From NCBI GenBank assembly GCA_963835575.1, contig CAWIGG010000004.1:992001-1056000 (forward strand): DNA of 64,000 bases, read 5' to 3'. Shown here piece by piece: positions 52,330 to 63,191 of the stretch. A program made the position numbers and the translations under genes. The notes below the pieces were generated by a model. It was given only the letters and a program-made list of their open reading frames with translations. It was not told the DNA's origin and searched no databases. The stretch is from an uncultured Spirochaetota bacterium (GTDB taxonomy: Bacteria > Spirochaetota > Brevinematia > Brevinematales > JAOACQ01). The first letter of the stretch is position 1. Every line of letters starts with the position of its first letter.

Positions 52330-54512
52330 TCCTCTATAAATAAAAAAAGCGACGGTTTAGCCATCGCCCATTTCCCCACTCTCACCTCAATGATAAGAAC
52401 ATAAGCCCCTTGATCTGAAAGCAATAAATAATATCCCGATGCAATGGTTTTGTCAAATCATCCGGACTATAGAAGCCGCCGGTTTCTCCCGATCCGGCCA
52501 ACCGGATCAGCGCGATCCAGCCGGGGAGATGACAAAAAATCCCCGCCGGAATGCCAGCGGGGCTTCTATCTGTCTTTAATAATCTCAATCCTTCACCTGG
52601 ATATCGAAATAATCCTTCATAAACCGCCGGATCGCTTCGTGCTTCTTCATCCGTTTTACTTCAGTCTGTCTTATCAACCGGCTCCGTCCAGCCTGCGACC
52701 TGAAGCATCCGGTTTTACCGATTCCCGTCCGGAAACCGGCTTAACCCCCTCCGCTTGCTCTCCTTTCTGCCGCTCTTTTTTACTTTATTTCCCCTTTCAT
52801 TTATAATTTCTTACTTGAAAAATTGAAAGTAGCCACTACGGGCTTTCAATCTTTTGTTTTTCCTAATCTCCATACTCGTCCCAAATATACACCACATCAT
52901 TATTGTTTGTAACCTTTAAAGTTTGGATAACTCTATGACCTGACATGGGATAATCAATTACCTTGATTTCTTCAATCCTATTACTTTTACGCTTCACTTG
53001 AATTTTATCAATTAAATACCTTTCTTTATCTTTTTGAGGAAAATTAATTGTACTTATTGGAAAATAGTCAATGTATTTACAAAACCCCAGAGCTTTTAAG
53101 ACAACAAAAACTTCCTCTATTTTTCTTTTTTTGAACAAATATGTGCTATAATACAATCCCGCTTCGTATTCTCCTTCTTTAATTCCCGCATCCACATAAT
53201 CTTGGACAATATCATATCCAAAAAGCACGGTTACATAACTGGCATTCGTATAATGATTGGTTTCATTGTAAATAATAAAGTTGGAGCTAATAACTTTTTC
53301 AACTTTTATCTGCTTTATAAAATAGTCCTTAATGCTACTATTTATGATTGGTGCAGGCAAGTCAGACAAATAACCACTAAAAATATAACCTTTTAATTTG
53401 TTGTACTCAACAAATACCCAATTACCATTAATATTATCAAATGTAAATTTTCTGTCTTTTTTGATTACATCCACAGAAGAACCATAGGGAACTTGAGTTA
53501 ATATCTTTCCATTTTTATCTGCTTTATCTCTCAAAAACAAACCTGTCTTTGCTACCACATTTAACTTGACTTGGCTGTACAATTCGGCAAAAATAAAAAT
53601 CAGGCAAAAAATTAGAAAGTGTTTCATTAAAGGTATCCTCCCATTATCTACCAATTTGGAAATGTAAATGTGGCGCATAATTTGGCGTACCACCCGATAA
53701 AGAAATTTTATTCCCAGCATCAACATTTGCATTTACACTATAGTATAGCTGATTGTTGTGCATATAAGTGTATTTTAAATTATCTGTCCCGCTAATTGTA
53801 ATCATAATTCCGGCTCCTCCATAATTCCCAGCAGTAGTTACTATACCACCTTCAGCCGCATAAACAGGTGTGTTATTTCCGAATACCATATCAAAAGCAG
53901 TCCCATGACCATGAGGATCATTAGTATTTCGCCACATGCTGGTAACAACGAAGCCTTCATTATGGTTTGTGAAGTTGGCAAACCCAATAATTGCATCATC
54001 AGTCATATTTGAAACAACCGTGTAGATATGTTCCTTACTTTGATCTAAAGTATAGGTTGCGGTTGTGCTGAAATCTAAATCAATATTTGTTCTGCCGATA
54101 TTTATTGTCTGCCCGTCTATTGTTGTTACCCAATATCCTGTATCCTGGTTAAAAGTAAGATTTTCAAGCATTTCCCGTTTATAGAATTGCCCCAGCGTCC
54201 CGTTCTGAATAGCCTGCTGTTTTTCCTGATTATACGCCGCTTTCGCCGCCGCCACTTTCTCGTTCCCGGCAGTCATCGCATCGCCCGCAGTCTGGTTGTC
54301 ATTGGCATCGTTCACACTCTGGCCGATTACCATCATTCCCGGCGTTTCCGGTCTTTCCATCCCGGCTTCCATACTCATTACAGTTGTTTTCATTCTCTCG
54401 GCCATATCCCGCTGCAAGCCCTGCCGCTCCATTTCAATTTCGTTAGCCGTCTTATTCCCGGCTTTCTTCCCCGTTTCAGCATTCTTCTGAATATTAATAC
54501 ACCTCGTCGCGG
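52330..54512 (-). repeat. Right arm of ~2.2 kb inverted duplication
   Basis: Reverse complement of 46979-49171. Confidence 0.95.
52863..53627 (-). CDS. Identical second copy of the SH3b probable immunity protein
   Basis: Translation identical to 47864-48628. Confidence 0.75.
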   Translation of the reverse strand: MKHFLIFCLIFIFAELYSQVKLNVVAKTGLFLRDKADKNGKILTQVPYGSSVDVIKKDRKFTFDNINGNWVFVEYNKLKGYIFSGYLSDLPAPIINSSIKDYFIKQIKVEKVISSNFIIYNETNHYTNASYVTVLFGYDIVQDYVDAGIKEGEYEAGLYYSTYLFKKRKIEEVFVVLKALGFCKYIDYFPISTINFPQKDKERYLIDKIQVKRKSNRIEEIKVIDYPMSGHRVIQTLKVTNNNDVVYIWDEYGD

Positions 54513-56195
54513 AATAATTCGCGTAAGGCGTTACCCTCCCATCCGGGCTGACGTTAATCCCTATGCTTTCATTATGAAGCATCGAATCATTAGAGCCTTC
54601 AATCCCCTGCCTGTACCCGATGTTTACGCCGAAGTTCGCTCCGGCATAATTGCCTTTAGCGTCGAAGTTCATTCCGAGGCTAAGGCCCGCATTGTAGCCT
54701 TTGCCGACATCACTGCCGATGCTTCCGTTAAATCCGTACCCCGCATACTGGCCGTTCTGGAAATTCAGTCCCGCGCCAACGCTTACCGCTCCGAATCCGG
54801 CGCTGAAGCCTATGTTGCTGCTGTTTGTACCGTTAGAATAGTAATCAACACCCGCCGAAAATCCCATGTGGAACCCGCTGTAAGGGTCGGCGCTTCCAAG
54901 CCCGGCGTTCACGTTGAAACCGAAATTAGAATTGTCCCATTTCCCATGAACTCCCGCGCCAACTGTAACGGCATTGCCAATAGAATAGCCGACTCCGGCG
55001 CTGTATCCTCTTGTCGAGAGACTTATATACAGTGGTATTCCATGCCCCGTCATTTCCATTGATGCCGCGCCTGAAAAAGCCCCAAGATTCAGATTCATGA
55101 AGTAGTCCCGCCGAAATTCATTGTCCCGTTTAACAGATCGCCTATATTTGTTATCGCCGCATTTATAGTCCCGATTACTCCGCCGACTATCGCAAGGAAA
55201 AGTTCATATATAAATTTTCCTTCGGGGTCGGTGTAACGGAAAGGATTGTTGTTGCCATAGACATATCTGTTTAATCCGGGGGGTGAATACCGCAAATCGG
55301 GGTTACTGACAGGATCGCTTGAGATAAACCGGCCCGCGCTCGCGTCATAATAGCGCGCGCGGTTATAATAAAGCTTTGAATCCTTATCGAAATAAGAACA
55401 GGTATAGGAAATTCCCTGTTTAGCATTGCCGTCAATAGTTATCGCCGAGGTTTTCCCCAAAGGCGGTGTAATCGAAAGTCTATGAAAGAGAATGAAACCG
55501 TAGTGGTATATGATAGTAATGGGGTTGTCATATATCTCGCCCCTCACGCTCCCGAGGGCGTCCTTGACATAAACGGCCGTCCTCAACGTCTGTATTTCTG
55601 CTTCGTAACCGTTTATCATAATATTATTGAGATAAAAAGACGGGCCTTCATATAATATATTATCGCCGTCGTAAGTGAAGCGGGTTGTATTGTCCCCCAT
55701 ACTTCCGGCGGTCTCCGGCGTTTCTTTTTTCAATATTCTTAAATTATTAATATCGTAAGTGTATTCTGAAAAAGCGACTATTTCCCCGTTCCGCTCAATG
55801 GTGTATTTCGTCATCAAATCGCGCTGGTTATACTGATAGCGTTCTACTTTATCCCCTTCGGTCTTCTTGACCAGCCTTCCGGCTCTGTCATAGATATAAG
55901 AAATGTTACCCGAAGGCTTTTGCTCACACAATAAGCGATTGTCGTTATCATAGACGTAGTTTATGGTAACAGTATTGCTCCCATCTAAATTCGACGTCTT
56001 TTTCAGCCGGTTACCTGAATTGTCATAAGCGAATTCCTCAAACTTTCCTCGGTCATAATCGGCCTTGACAAGCCTGTACGCCTTATCATAAAGAAACGCC
56101 GACACCCGTTCCCCACCGGAGGCCGAACCATCCCCATTCGTGCCTATTCGCGTGGATTCGCGGGCCGTTTCCTTCGTCCTGTTCCCCACTTTGTC
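53644..56195 (-). pseudogene. Orphan Rhs 3' fragment (core end, linker, M23-like tip), frameshifted
   Basis: Homologous to 45301-47847. Split into two ORFs at ~55095. A locally shifted frame at ~55440-55490 hides FDYTAFGE. Contains NNPFRYTDPEG. Confidence 0.85.
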
Positions 56196-56447
56196 ATATT
56201 GATATTCTTTTTCTCTCCCCCATGCGCGTTAAGAAAACAATTCAGGGCTGCCGGAAAAATTATTAATTATTGGCCGGTGGTACTCCCGCTTTTTAAGACC
56301 CGCGCACTCAAGCCCGCGTCCCTGGGAAAAGCCGGCAAACCATAGCCTGAGAGCTATAACCGCAAAAAACGGGAGGAATGAGATTAAGCCTCATTCCCCC
56401 CGCCGGAAATAGTTTATCAAACTGATTTGAAAAAGGCAAGAAAAGAT

Positions 56448-57425
56448 TTAATTGTTTTCGGGACGCGCCTCATCACCGTCATTGACGAGCATACCGGTAC
56501 AGCGGGGATGCGTTTTTTCATAAACCTTCCGCAGATCAACGGGCATGACGCGGGAATAAATCTGAGTGGTGCTGAGGAAGGCATGTCCTAAAAGTTCCTG
56601 AACATAGCGGATGCTTGCCCCGTTGGCGATTAAATGGGTGGCGCAGGTATGGCGCAGGGTATGAGTGGAAACCCTCTTTTTAATCCCCGATTTCAGGACG
56701 TAGTTATGCAATGCGGCGCGGAAAGTTCCGGGGACAAGGCTGTCTCGTCCGACGGTGAAAAACACATTTTCGTTAGCCGCATTATTGCAATAGAGAGGCC
56801 GGACTTTATCAAGATACAGCTTGAGGAACCTTTTGGCCTGTTTTGTGATGGGTACAACCCGGTCTTTAGAACCTTTGCCCTTGATGAAAAGGTAGGGGCC
56901 TTCAAGGTCGAGGTCGTTGAGTTTAAGGGAACAAAGTTCCGCGCTTCGGATTCCGCTTCCGTAGAATATTTCAAGGATGGCCCTGTTGCGAAGCCCGACC
57001 GGATGTTTTATATTCGGCTGTCGGAGCAGGAGCTTCATTTCCTCGACGGAAAGGATGTCTTTAGGAAACGGGCGTTCAACGCGTTCCAGCGGAATATTGC
57101 GGGCGGGGTTTATGAAGATCATATCATTATTTTCAAGGAAGGAAAGCCAGAGGCGGAGGAAACTTGTCTCAGTCCTGCGGTAGCTGTCGCTGAAGGGCTT
57201 TCCGTTTTTCTTGCGGTGGTTTTTGAGGGAAAGGATGAATTTCTCAATATGTTCTGTTTTAATGTCCGTAACGTCCCGGACGGAAGGGGTGCACCCCAAA
57301 GATTCGAGGAACGGGAAAAGGTGATTGAAGAAAGTGTCAAACCTCAAGATTGTGGCCCCGCTCAAGTTCCTTTTTCTGAGGTGTTCGATGAACTTTTCCC
57401 TTGCGATGTAAATGGATTTATTCAT
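56448..57425 (-). CDS. Tyrosine recombinase (XerC/D-like) 2
   Basis: YGSGIRSAEL, KGKGSKDR, HTLRHTCATH and LGH....TQIY catalytic motifs. Confidence 0.93.
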   Translation of the reverse strand: MNKSIYIAREKFIEHLRKRNLSGATILRFDTFFNHLFPFLESLGCTPSVRDVTDIKTEHIEKFILSLKNHRKKNGKPFSDSYRRTETSFLRLWLSFLENNDMIFINPARNIPLERVERPFPKDILSVEEMKLLLRQPNIKHPVGLRNRAILEIFYGSGIRSAELCSLKLNDLDLEGPYLFIKGKGSKDRVVPITKQAKRFLKLYLDKVRPLYCNNAANENVFFTVGRDSLVPGTFRAALHNYVLKSGIKKRVSTHTLRHTCATHLIANGASIRYVQELLGHAFLSTTQIYSRVMPVDLRKVYEKTHPRCTGMLVNDGDEARPENN

Positions 57426-58734
57426 GATTTTCCTCCTGCGTGTTCTCTTGAGATATTATCTCTCTTGGATGGAATGCCCGGAGCATGCGTTTAAGGTCTC
57501 CTTTTACCACTCTTGTGTAGGTTTCCGTCGTGTCGAGGCTTGTGTGCCCCAGCATTTCCTGAATATAGCGGATGTCCGCGCCGTTTTTAAGCATGTGGGT
57601 TGCGCATGCATAGCGGAAGGAATGAGGGATGAGGTGTTTTTTGATCCCGGCCTTAAGGGCGTATTTTTTTATCAGGCTTCCGATGAGGTTAACTGTCATC
57701 CGCTTTTTGAAAACGGAGAGAAAGAGGGCTTTGAGGTGCACCTCTTCATCCGGGTTATGAGGCGTGCCTTCCGGGCGTTCTTTCAGGTAATCCCGGATGC
57801 GGGAAAGGGCGATGTCATTGATCGGGACAGCGCGGTCTTTTTTATTCTTGCCTTTGTAAACGGTGATAAGTTTTTCGGTAAAATCGACGTTCCCGATATC
57901 GAGGTTAACCAGTTCTTTGACCCGGATTGCCGAGCCGTAGAGCGTTTCAATGATGGCGATGTCGCGGGAGCCGTAAGGCACGCCCCTGTGGCTTTTCATT
58001 TCGATAGAGCTTATAAGGCGGTCGATTTCGGCGAGGGTGGGGATATCGCGGGATATCCGCTTCGGGACTTTTGGGATTTCCACGGATTTTGAAGGGTCTG
58101 TAAGGATGATATTTTCGGAGCAGAGGAACTTGAAGAAGTTGCGGACATTCACAAGGATATTCGCGCGGGTGGTAACGTTGTAAGGCTTTTGTATTTTGCT
58201 CTTTCCCCGGCTTCCTTTGTAAACGAGGAGATAAAGGGCATAGCCGGAAACAACTTTTTTATCTACCCGCGCGATGTCCGTTATATTATTATTTTCAAGG
58301 TATTCCAGAAAGCGCCGGATGAGCGAGCGGGTAATATCAAGGGTGCGTTCGGAAACTTCCTTTGACGAGGAGATACGGCGGATATATCTTTCGAGAAGTT
58401 CCGTAAAGGGAATTGCGTTCGGGGAAACGGAATCTCTTGAAGCTCCCGGAATAAAGTTCTTCCATTCGAGGAACCGGACGAACTCGCGGGTCTTAAAGTA
58501 CCCGGTTTTATTGGGTTTATGGGAACTCCACTCCCCGGTCCCGTGTTTAATCATGGCGAGATATTTATCCGACTGTTCCCTTGTGAAGCCGGAAAGCGGC
58601 ATATTGTTCTTCTCAAGATATTCCAGAAGCTTCCGTGCGTAAAGGGCCTTATGCTTCAAGACATTTTCCTTTAACGGCTTAAAAGCCTTCGCGTGTGTAA
58701 TGTACTCTTTCAGTACGGCGTCTTTATCAATCAT
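57418..58734 (-). CDS. Tyrosine recombinase (XerC/D-like) 1, with extended N-terminus
   Basis: YGSAIRVKEL, KGKNKKDR, HSFRYACATH and LGH..LDTTETY motifs. Confidence 0.92.
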   Translation of the reverse strand: MIDKDAVLKEYITHAKAFKPLKENVLKHKALYARKLLEYLEKNNMPLSGFTREQSDKYLAMIKHGTGEWSSHKPNKTGYFKTREFVRFLEWKNFIPGASRDSVSPNAIPFTELLERYIRRISSSKEVSERTLDITRSLIRRFLEYLENNNITDIARVDKKVVSGYALYLLVYKGSRGKSKIQKPYNVTTRANILVNVRNFFKFLCSENIILTDPSKSVEIPKVPKRISRDIPTLAEIDRLISSIEMKSHRGVPYGSRDIAIIETLYGSAIRVKELVNLDIGNVDFTEKLITVYKGKNKKDRAVPINDIALSRIRDYLKERPEGTPHNPDEEVHLKALFLSVFKKRMTVNLIGSLIKKYALKAGIKKHLIPHSFRYACATHMLKNGADIRYIQEMLGHTSLDTTETYTRVVKGDLKRMLRAFHPREIISQENTQEENHE

Positions 58735-58855
58735 ACGGTAATACCTCCTTTCAAAATATTTTGGCTCTGCCTCTCCCCCCGCTCCTACCGCTCACACTCG
58801 ATTCAAGCCTTATTTTACAAAGGTTTGAAGCTCAAAAGTGTGAGCGCTCGCAGTT

Positions 58856-61738
58856 TCACACACTCACACGGTCGGCAGAGCGAAGCCGGAGTGACATTTC
58901 TTCCGGCGTGGGGATTCTATCAAGCATTAAACGCTCCATTTCTTCTTCCAGAATGATCCTGTAAGCGTGGGTCTGGCCTCTGAAAGAACCCGATATGATT
59001 TCCAGAAACTCATAGTCGGCGAGAATCCCGGTATATTTCCTCACTTGAAAATGGCTCCAGCCGGAGTATTCCCATACCATCTTCCTGGTAAAGAGAATGT
59101 CCTTGACAGGCTTGTTATTCTCCCCGGATATCTCCGATACCATCTCCCTGATTATTCCATAAAGGTCTCTGGCGTTTTTCGGAATATCGGAAAGGGTGTT
59201 CGAGAGGATCCCGCTTTTGACGAGAAGGTCATAGGTTATTTTATAGTCGTCGAGGCTGGCTTCGATGTACTCAAAGGTTTCTTTTGCCGCCGCGTCCTCA
59301 ATCGTTTTCCTTTCCCGCCGGTATTGATTGAAAAAAGTAACGGCGTTAAGCACCTGAATGAATTTCATCTGATCGCGCCGGGCTTCCAGCCTTCTTTCAG
59401 GGAATCCCATCAGTTCGGCGTAAGGATTGATGACTAAAACCGGCTTTAAAAGCTTCTGCGCGGCCTTATGCTTTTCAATGATAGCGGGGATTTTCCGCTT
59501 TATGAGGAAGCCGGCCGGGGTTTGAAGGAATCTCTGATACTCAAGGATTCTTGCCGTCTGTTCCTGCGTTTCATCGACAAAGAGGACAAGGCACCGGTTA
59601 AGGTTTTCAGGATTGAGGTTTTCAATCCTGCTGGCCGTCTCGATGTAGGCGATCGGCCCCTTTGTTTTTATTTTGACGCTTTTCATCTGTCCCGTTTTCT
59701 CATCTTTCATCGTAACAAAGCGGGTGATCTCCTTACTTGAGATAAGTTCCCTTAACGGGTACTCTATATTTTCATTGCCCTTGCTTTCTCCGAGGCAGAC
59801 GAACTTATGGCTTAAATCGGAAGCGTAGTAGAGTGCTGTGTCCGACGCGCTGGATATGGCGACGACTTCCTCATCAGGCAGGAGCTTCCTGACTGTCTCC
59901 ACAAGCTTGGTTTTACCGGCGGAAGAACGGGAAATGATAATGCTGGCCAGAGGTTCTTCCATCTTCCGGGAAGCGGCGATGAGATAGACAAGGATTTTAT
60001 TCATTTCCTCCCCGATGTAGCCCAATGTCGATAAATCGTTTCTCACTTCCTCAAGGAGGGAAGGACTTTTGAGAAGTTCCAGCCCTATGGCTTTTTCCTC
60101 GTCCGAGAGGGAAACTTCCACCGCCCCGGCCTTTGAAAGTATCTGGTTATCCCGGAGCCTTTCCAGCCTGTCGAGGATCGTTTCAAGGTGTGAAAGGATT
60201 GTTTCAAAGGAAACCTCGAAGCGCGCCCCGATAGTGTTCGCGAAGGCGGCGCGCATCCGGGCGGAGTAAAGGTTCACGCTGTCATAGAAGAAGTTTTCCT
60301 CTTTAAGGTGATGGACGCGGACTCCGGCCTTGAGGCTATTTTCAAAATCTTCCTTTATTCCCCTGAGCCGATAAGTAAAGCCGTCGATAGTGAATTCATA
60401 ATCTCCATTCGGAAGCTGTTTCATTTCGTTTGATTGTACTTCTTGAGGCGGACTCTCTTCTATTATATTAGAAGCTGGCGCGATGTTTTGAGGCGGAGCT
60501 GTGAACCGCGTTTCTTGAGGTATTACCGGAGGTATCACTTCTTCAACAAGCCGTTTCATTTCTTCGGGGGTGGCCTTACCTGCCGGAATAGATAAAATTT
60601 TCTGAGCTATATCATCAATGCCCTGCGCTTCCTCGATTAATCTTTTGAGTGAGAGTCCGCCTTCCTCGATGGATGAAATCTTCATCAAGAGTTCATTAAT
60701 GTCTTTGACTTTGAGGCCGCGCGTCTCCTCTGGAATAGTCAGGGTAAAGACATGGGAAAAGCCTTCTTTCTTAATCCGTTCGGAAAGCTTTTTTGAAGCG
60801 AACTTTCCCGCCCCGTCATTATCATAGGCTATGATTATTTTGCGGGTATTGTTTTCCTCCATAAGTTTGAGGTGGTTTTCGGTAAAGCCCTGAATTCCGA
60901 AAGAAGCCGTTACGTTCAGGAAGCCGAGCCGGACACAGGACAGCGCGTCAATGACGCTTTCGGTTATTATGATTTCCTCATACACCTTGAAAGCTTTTGA
61001 GTTGAACACCCCTTCGTGTTTTCCCTTAAGGTAGCGGTGCTTGATCTTGGCTTCTTCATTGATAGAGCGTCCATAGATTTCAACAACGCGGTTTTCCCCG
61101 TCCATAATCGGAAAGATGATACAGCCTTTGAATAACTCAAAGACGCTTTCCTTTCCGGATTTGTTTCTAAGTCTGCCGATGATACCGAGGCTTTCAAGGA
61201 TTTCCAGCTCTTCGCCGGTCTTTGAAAGCGTTTCCGGTATGTTGCCTTTAGAAAATCCGAGTTTAAAGGTATTTATTATTTCCGGCGTTCCGATTCCTCT
61301 TTGTTCAAGGTATTTTAGAGCCTCTGGACTTTCTAAAAGGTTTTTATGATAGATTTCAGCAAGTCTTTCAAGAATCGGGATTCTTTTATTCTTATCAAGG
61401 CTTACAGGCTCCGGCGCGGTTTCTTTCTTAAGAGATACTTTCACTTTTTTAACCGGCTCTTGAATGTTCAAATTACCGGCAAGATAATTTACCGCCTCAT
61501 TGAATTTGAGGCCGCGCCTTTTCATCACATAGCTGAATATATCCCCGCCCTGTTCACAGCCGAAGCAATGGTAAAGCTGTTTTTCTGTATCGACGGAAAG
61601 CGAAGGCGTTTTATCATCGTGAAAGGGACAGAGCGTCATAAATTTTCCCTGCCCCGCCGGGATGAGGTCATGCCCCTCCCGCCGGAGGTATTCCTCCAGC
61701 GGGAGAGAGTTCTTGATTTTCTCTTTAATGTTTTCCAT
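58856..61738 (-). CDS. DnaG-like primase (CHC2 zinc finger + Toprim) fused to a P-loop ATPase/helicase-like domain
   Basis: CPFHDDKTPS...HCFGC, ITESVIDALS, YDND.AG, KDINE and SRSSAGKT motifs. Confidence 0.9.
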   Translation of the reverse strand: MENIKEKIKNSLPLEEYLRREGHDLIPAGQGKFMTLCPFHDDKTPSLSVDTEKQLYHCFGCEQGGDIFSYVMKRRGLKFNEAVNYLAGNLNIQEPVKKVKVSLKKETAPEPVSLDKNKRIPILERLAEIYHKNLLESPEALKYLEQRGIGTPEIINTFKLGFSKGNIPETLSKTGEELEILESLGIIGRLRNKSGKESVFELFKGCIIFPIMDGENRVVEIYGRSINEEAKIKHRYLKGKHEGVFNSKAFKVYEEIIITESVIDALSCVRLGFLNVTASFGIQGFTENHLKLMEENNTRKIIIAYDNDGAGKFASKKLSERIKKEGFSHVFTLTIPEETRGLKVKDINELLMKISSIEEGGLSLKRLIEEAQGIDDIAQKILSIPAGKATPEEMKRLVEEVIPPVIPQETRFTAPPQNIAPASNIIEESPPQEVQSNEMKQLPNGDYEFTIDGFTYRLRGIKEDFENSLKAGVRVHHLKEENFFYDSVNLYSARMRAAFANTIGARFEVSFETILSHLETILDRLERLRDNQILSKAGAVEVSLSDEEKAIGLELLKSPSLLEEVRNDLSTLGYIGEEMNKILVYLIAASRKMEEPLASIIISRSSAGKTKLVETVRKLLPDEEVVAISSASDTALYYASDLSHKFVCLGESKGNENIEYPLRELISSKEITRFVTMKDEKTGQMKSVKIKTKGPIAYIETASRIENLNPENLNRCLVLFVDETQEQTARILEYQRFLQTPAGFLIKRKIPAIIEKHKAAQKLLKPVLVINPYAELMGFPERRLEARRDQMKFIQVLNAVTFFNQYRRERKTIEDAAAKETFEYIEASLDDYKITYDLLVKSGILSNTLSDIPKNARDLYGIIREMVSEISGENNKPVKDILFTRKMVWEYSGWSHFQVRKYTGILADYEFLEIISGSFRGQTHAYRIILEEEMERLMLDRIPTPEEMSLRLRSADRVSV

Positions 61739-61749
61739 GCTGTCCTCCC

Positions 61750-62115
61750 TTATTTCCAGATAACAAGGAACCGGACGGAGAGTTCAAGGCAGATGCGGAG
61801 CGTTGAGCCTGTGCCTCTGGAAATGCCATCCCAGAACAGGACAACAAAATCGCAATATTTTACCAGCTCCCTATTTCTGACAATGCCCGCAGACCGTCCG
61901 TATTTATGCCACAGGGCCGGAAACACTTTCAAGTCCAGCGCATGGGCGCGGGCATACCGCTCCGCGAGGGCGTCAGCGCCTTGAGGACATCCGCCCGACA
62001 CCACAACATCGGCGCAGGACAAATCCAGAGCGTCGAGCGTTTTCTCAAGCTTCGCATAGTCGGTAAAAGAACGCGAGCCGACAACCCCGATTTTCACATA
62101 GTTTTTATTTTCCAT
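61750..62115 (-). CDS. SLOG-superfamily protein (YspA/DUF2493-like)
   Basis: VVGSRSF, VSGG..GADALAE.YA, W...G..AG..RN and FWDG.S.GT motifs. Confidence 0.85.
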   Translation of the reverse strand: MENKNYVKIGVVGSRSFTDYAKLEKTLDALDLSCADVVVSGGCPQGADALAERYARAHALDLKVFPALWHKYGRSAGIVRNRELVKYCDFVVLFWDGISRGTGSTLRICLELSVRFLVIWK

Positions 62116-62225
62116 TTATTCCTCCCGCCTTCATGCTGGCCGCTATGCCGCTTTTGAAGACGCCCGGTCGTACCCCCGCTGATACCCTTTTGTCAAGTAC
62201 TTTTTTAGATTTATTTTACTGATAC
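61998..62225 (-). repeat. Element head, repeated in inverted orientation at 63770-64000
   Basis: Identical to the reverse complement of 63770-64000 except one short patch (cgaccggg vs aaggggtttcc). Confidence 0.93.
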
Positions 62226-62563
62226 TTTCAGTACAAAGACTTGAAAAAAGAAAATATCCGGCCTTTGATTAAAAGCCTTAATGACTTTCATAACTAAACA
62301 CAAACAGGCCATGTCGTTTTGGCATGGGTTTTGACATTCGCAGAAACCCATGCCAAAACGGAGAAAGCTTTAGAATGGAATAATAAGACATCTCCGTTCC
62401 GGCATATTTTTTGACGGCCGCAAAAAGATATGCCGGAACGGTGTTACCTCAATTCTTAAAATTATTAGTTTATTAACAATTCAATAATGTCTTTAAGTGT
62501 TTTGCAGACTCTTATTATTTGACAAAATATCCATATGGGTATATATTATTTTAGGATTGAAAG

Positions 62564-62944
62564 ATGGAATTAAAATTTTTTACGTCAAAAGATGGAAAAC
62601 AACCTGTTCTTGATTTCATACGTTCTTTAGAAAAGCCGGACCGTGCTAAAATATACGGATGTCTTGACAGTATAGAAATGTTAGGTTTTGAAACACCCAG
62701 AGTAGAATTCCGGCAAATTGAAGGAAAGCTCTGGGAAATCAAGATAAAGACTGTTTCGGGCGGATATAGAGTATTTTATATATCCATCCATCATCATATC
62801 CTTGTTTTACTTCACGTTTATAAGAAACAGTCGCAAAAAGCGCCAGCAAAAGAAATAAAGACAGCGAAAACCCGTTTAAAGGAGGTAATTGAAAATGAGG
62901 GCGATTACATTAAAGGAAGCGATAGCGGAAGAAATGAAAGATGA
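62564..62944 (+). CDS. Type II TA toxin, RelE/ParE (HigB/Gp49-like) family
   Basis: Paralog of 20752-21105 (shared PRVEFRQIEGKLWEIKI). Confidence 0.88.
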   Translation: MELKFFTSKDGKQPVLDFIRSLEKPDRAKIYGCLDSIEMLGFETPRVEFRQIEGKLWEIKIKTVSGGYRVFYISIHHHILVLLHVYKKQSQKAPAKEIKTAKTRLKEVIENEGDYIKGSDSGRNER

Positions 62945-63191
62945 GGAATTCGCAGTCCTTTTTGAGAATGAGAGAATAATAAATAACTTAGCTAAAACTA
63001 TAGTGGAGATGAGGCAAAAAAGAGGCTTGACACAAGCTGAATTAGCCGAAAAAGCCCATACTACACAGCCGGTAATAGCTCGTCTGGAAAAAGGTTCTGA
63101 TTCGCGGATTCCATCATTGGAGCTTTTAAACCGAATTGCTCATGCGCTTGGCAAAGAAATATTCATTGATTTTAAGCCAGACCATCATTAA
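62895..63191 (+). CDS. XRE-family HTH antitoxin
   Basis: Paralog of 21083-21382. Confidence 0.88.
   Translation: MRAITLKEAIAEEMKDEEFAVLFENERIINNLAKTIVEMRQKRGLTQAELAEKAHTTQPVIARLEKGSDSRIPSLELLNRIAHALGKEIFIDFKPDHH

Larger units (their letters stand above)
52330..62225 (-). mobile_element. Putative integrative element: SLOG - primase/ATPase - two tyrosine recombinases - Rhs 3' cassette - immunity - promoter module
   Basis: Co-oriented replication and recombination genes followed by a toxin cassette. Both ends are duplicated nearby in inverted orientation. Boundaries are inferred from the repeats. Confidence 0.7.

Noticed and set aside
56448..58734. Housekeeping xerC/xerD assignment
   Set aside because: The tandem arrangement with a primase in a duplicated mobile context argues for element-encoded recombinases, so no gene symbol was given.
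58856..61738. Chromosomal dnaG or a prophage
   Set aside because: The C-terminal ATPase fusion and context are unlike housekeeping dnaG, and no phage structural genes are in the window.
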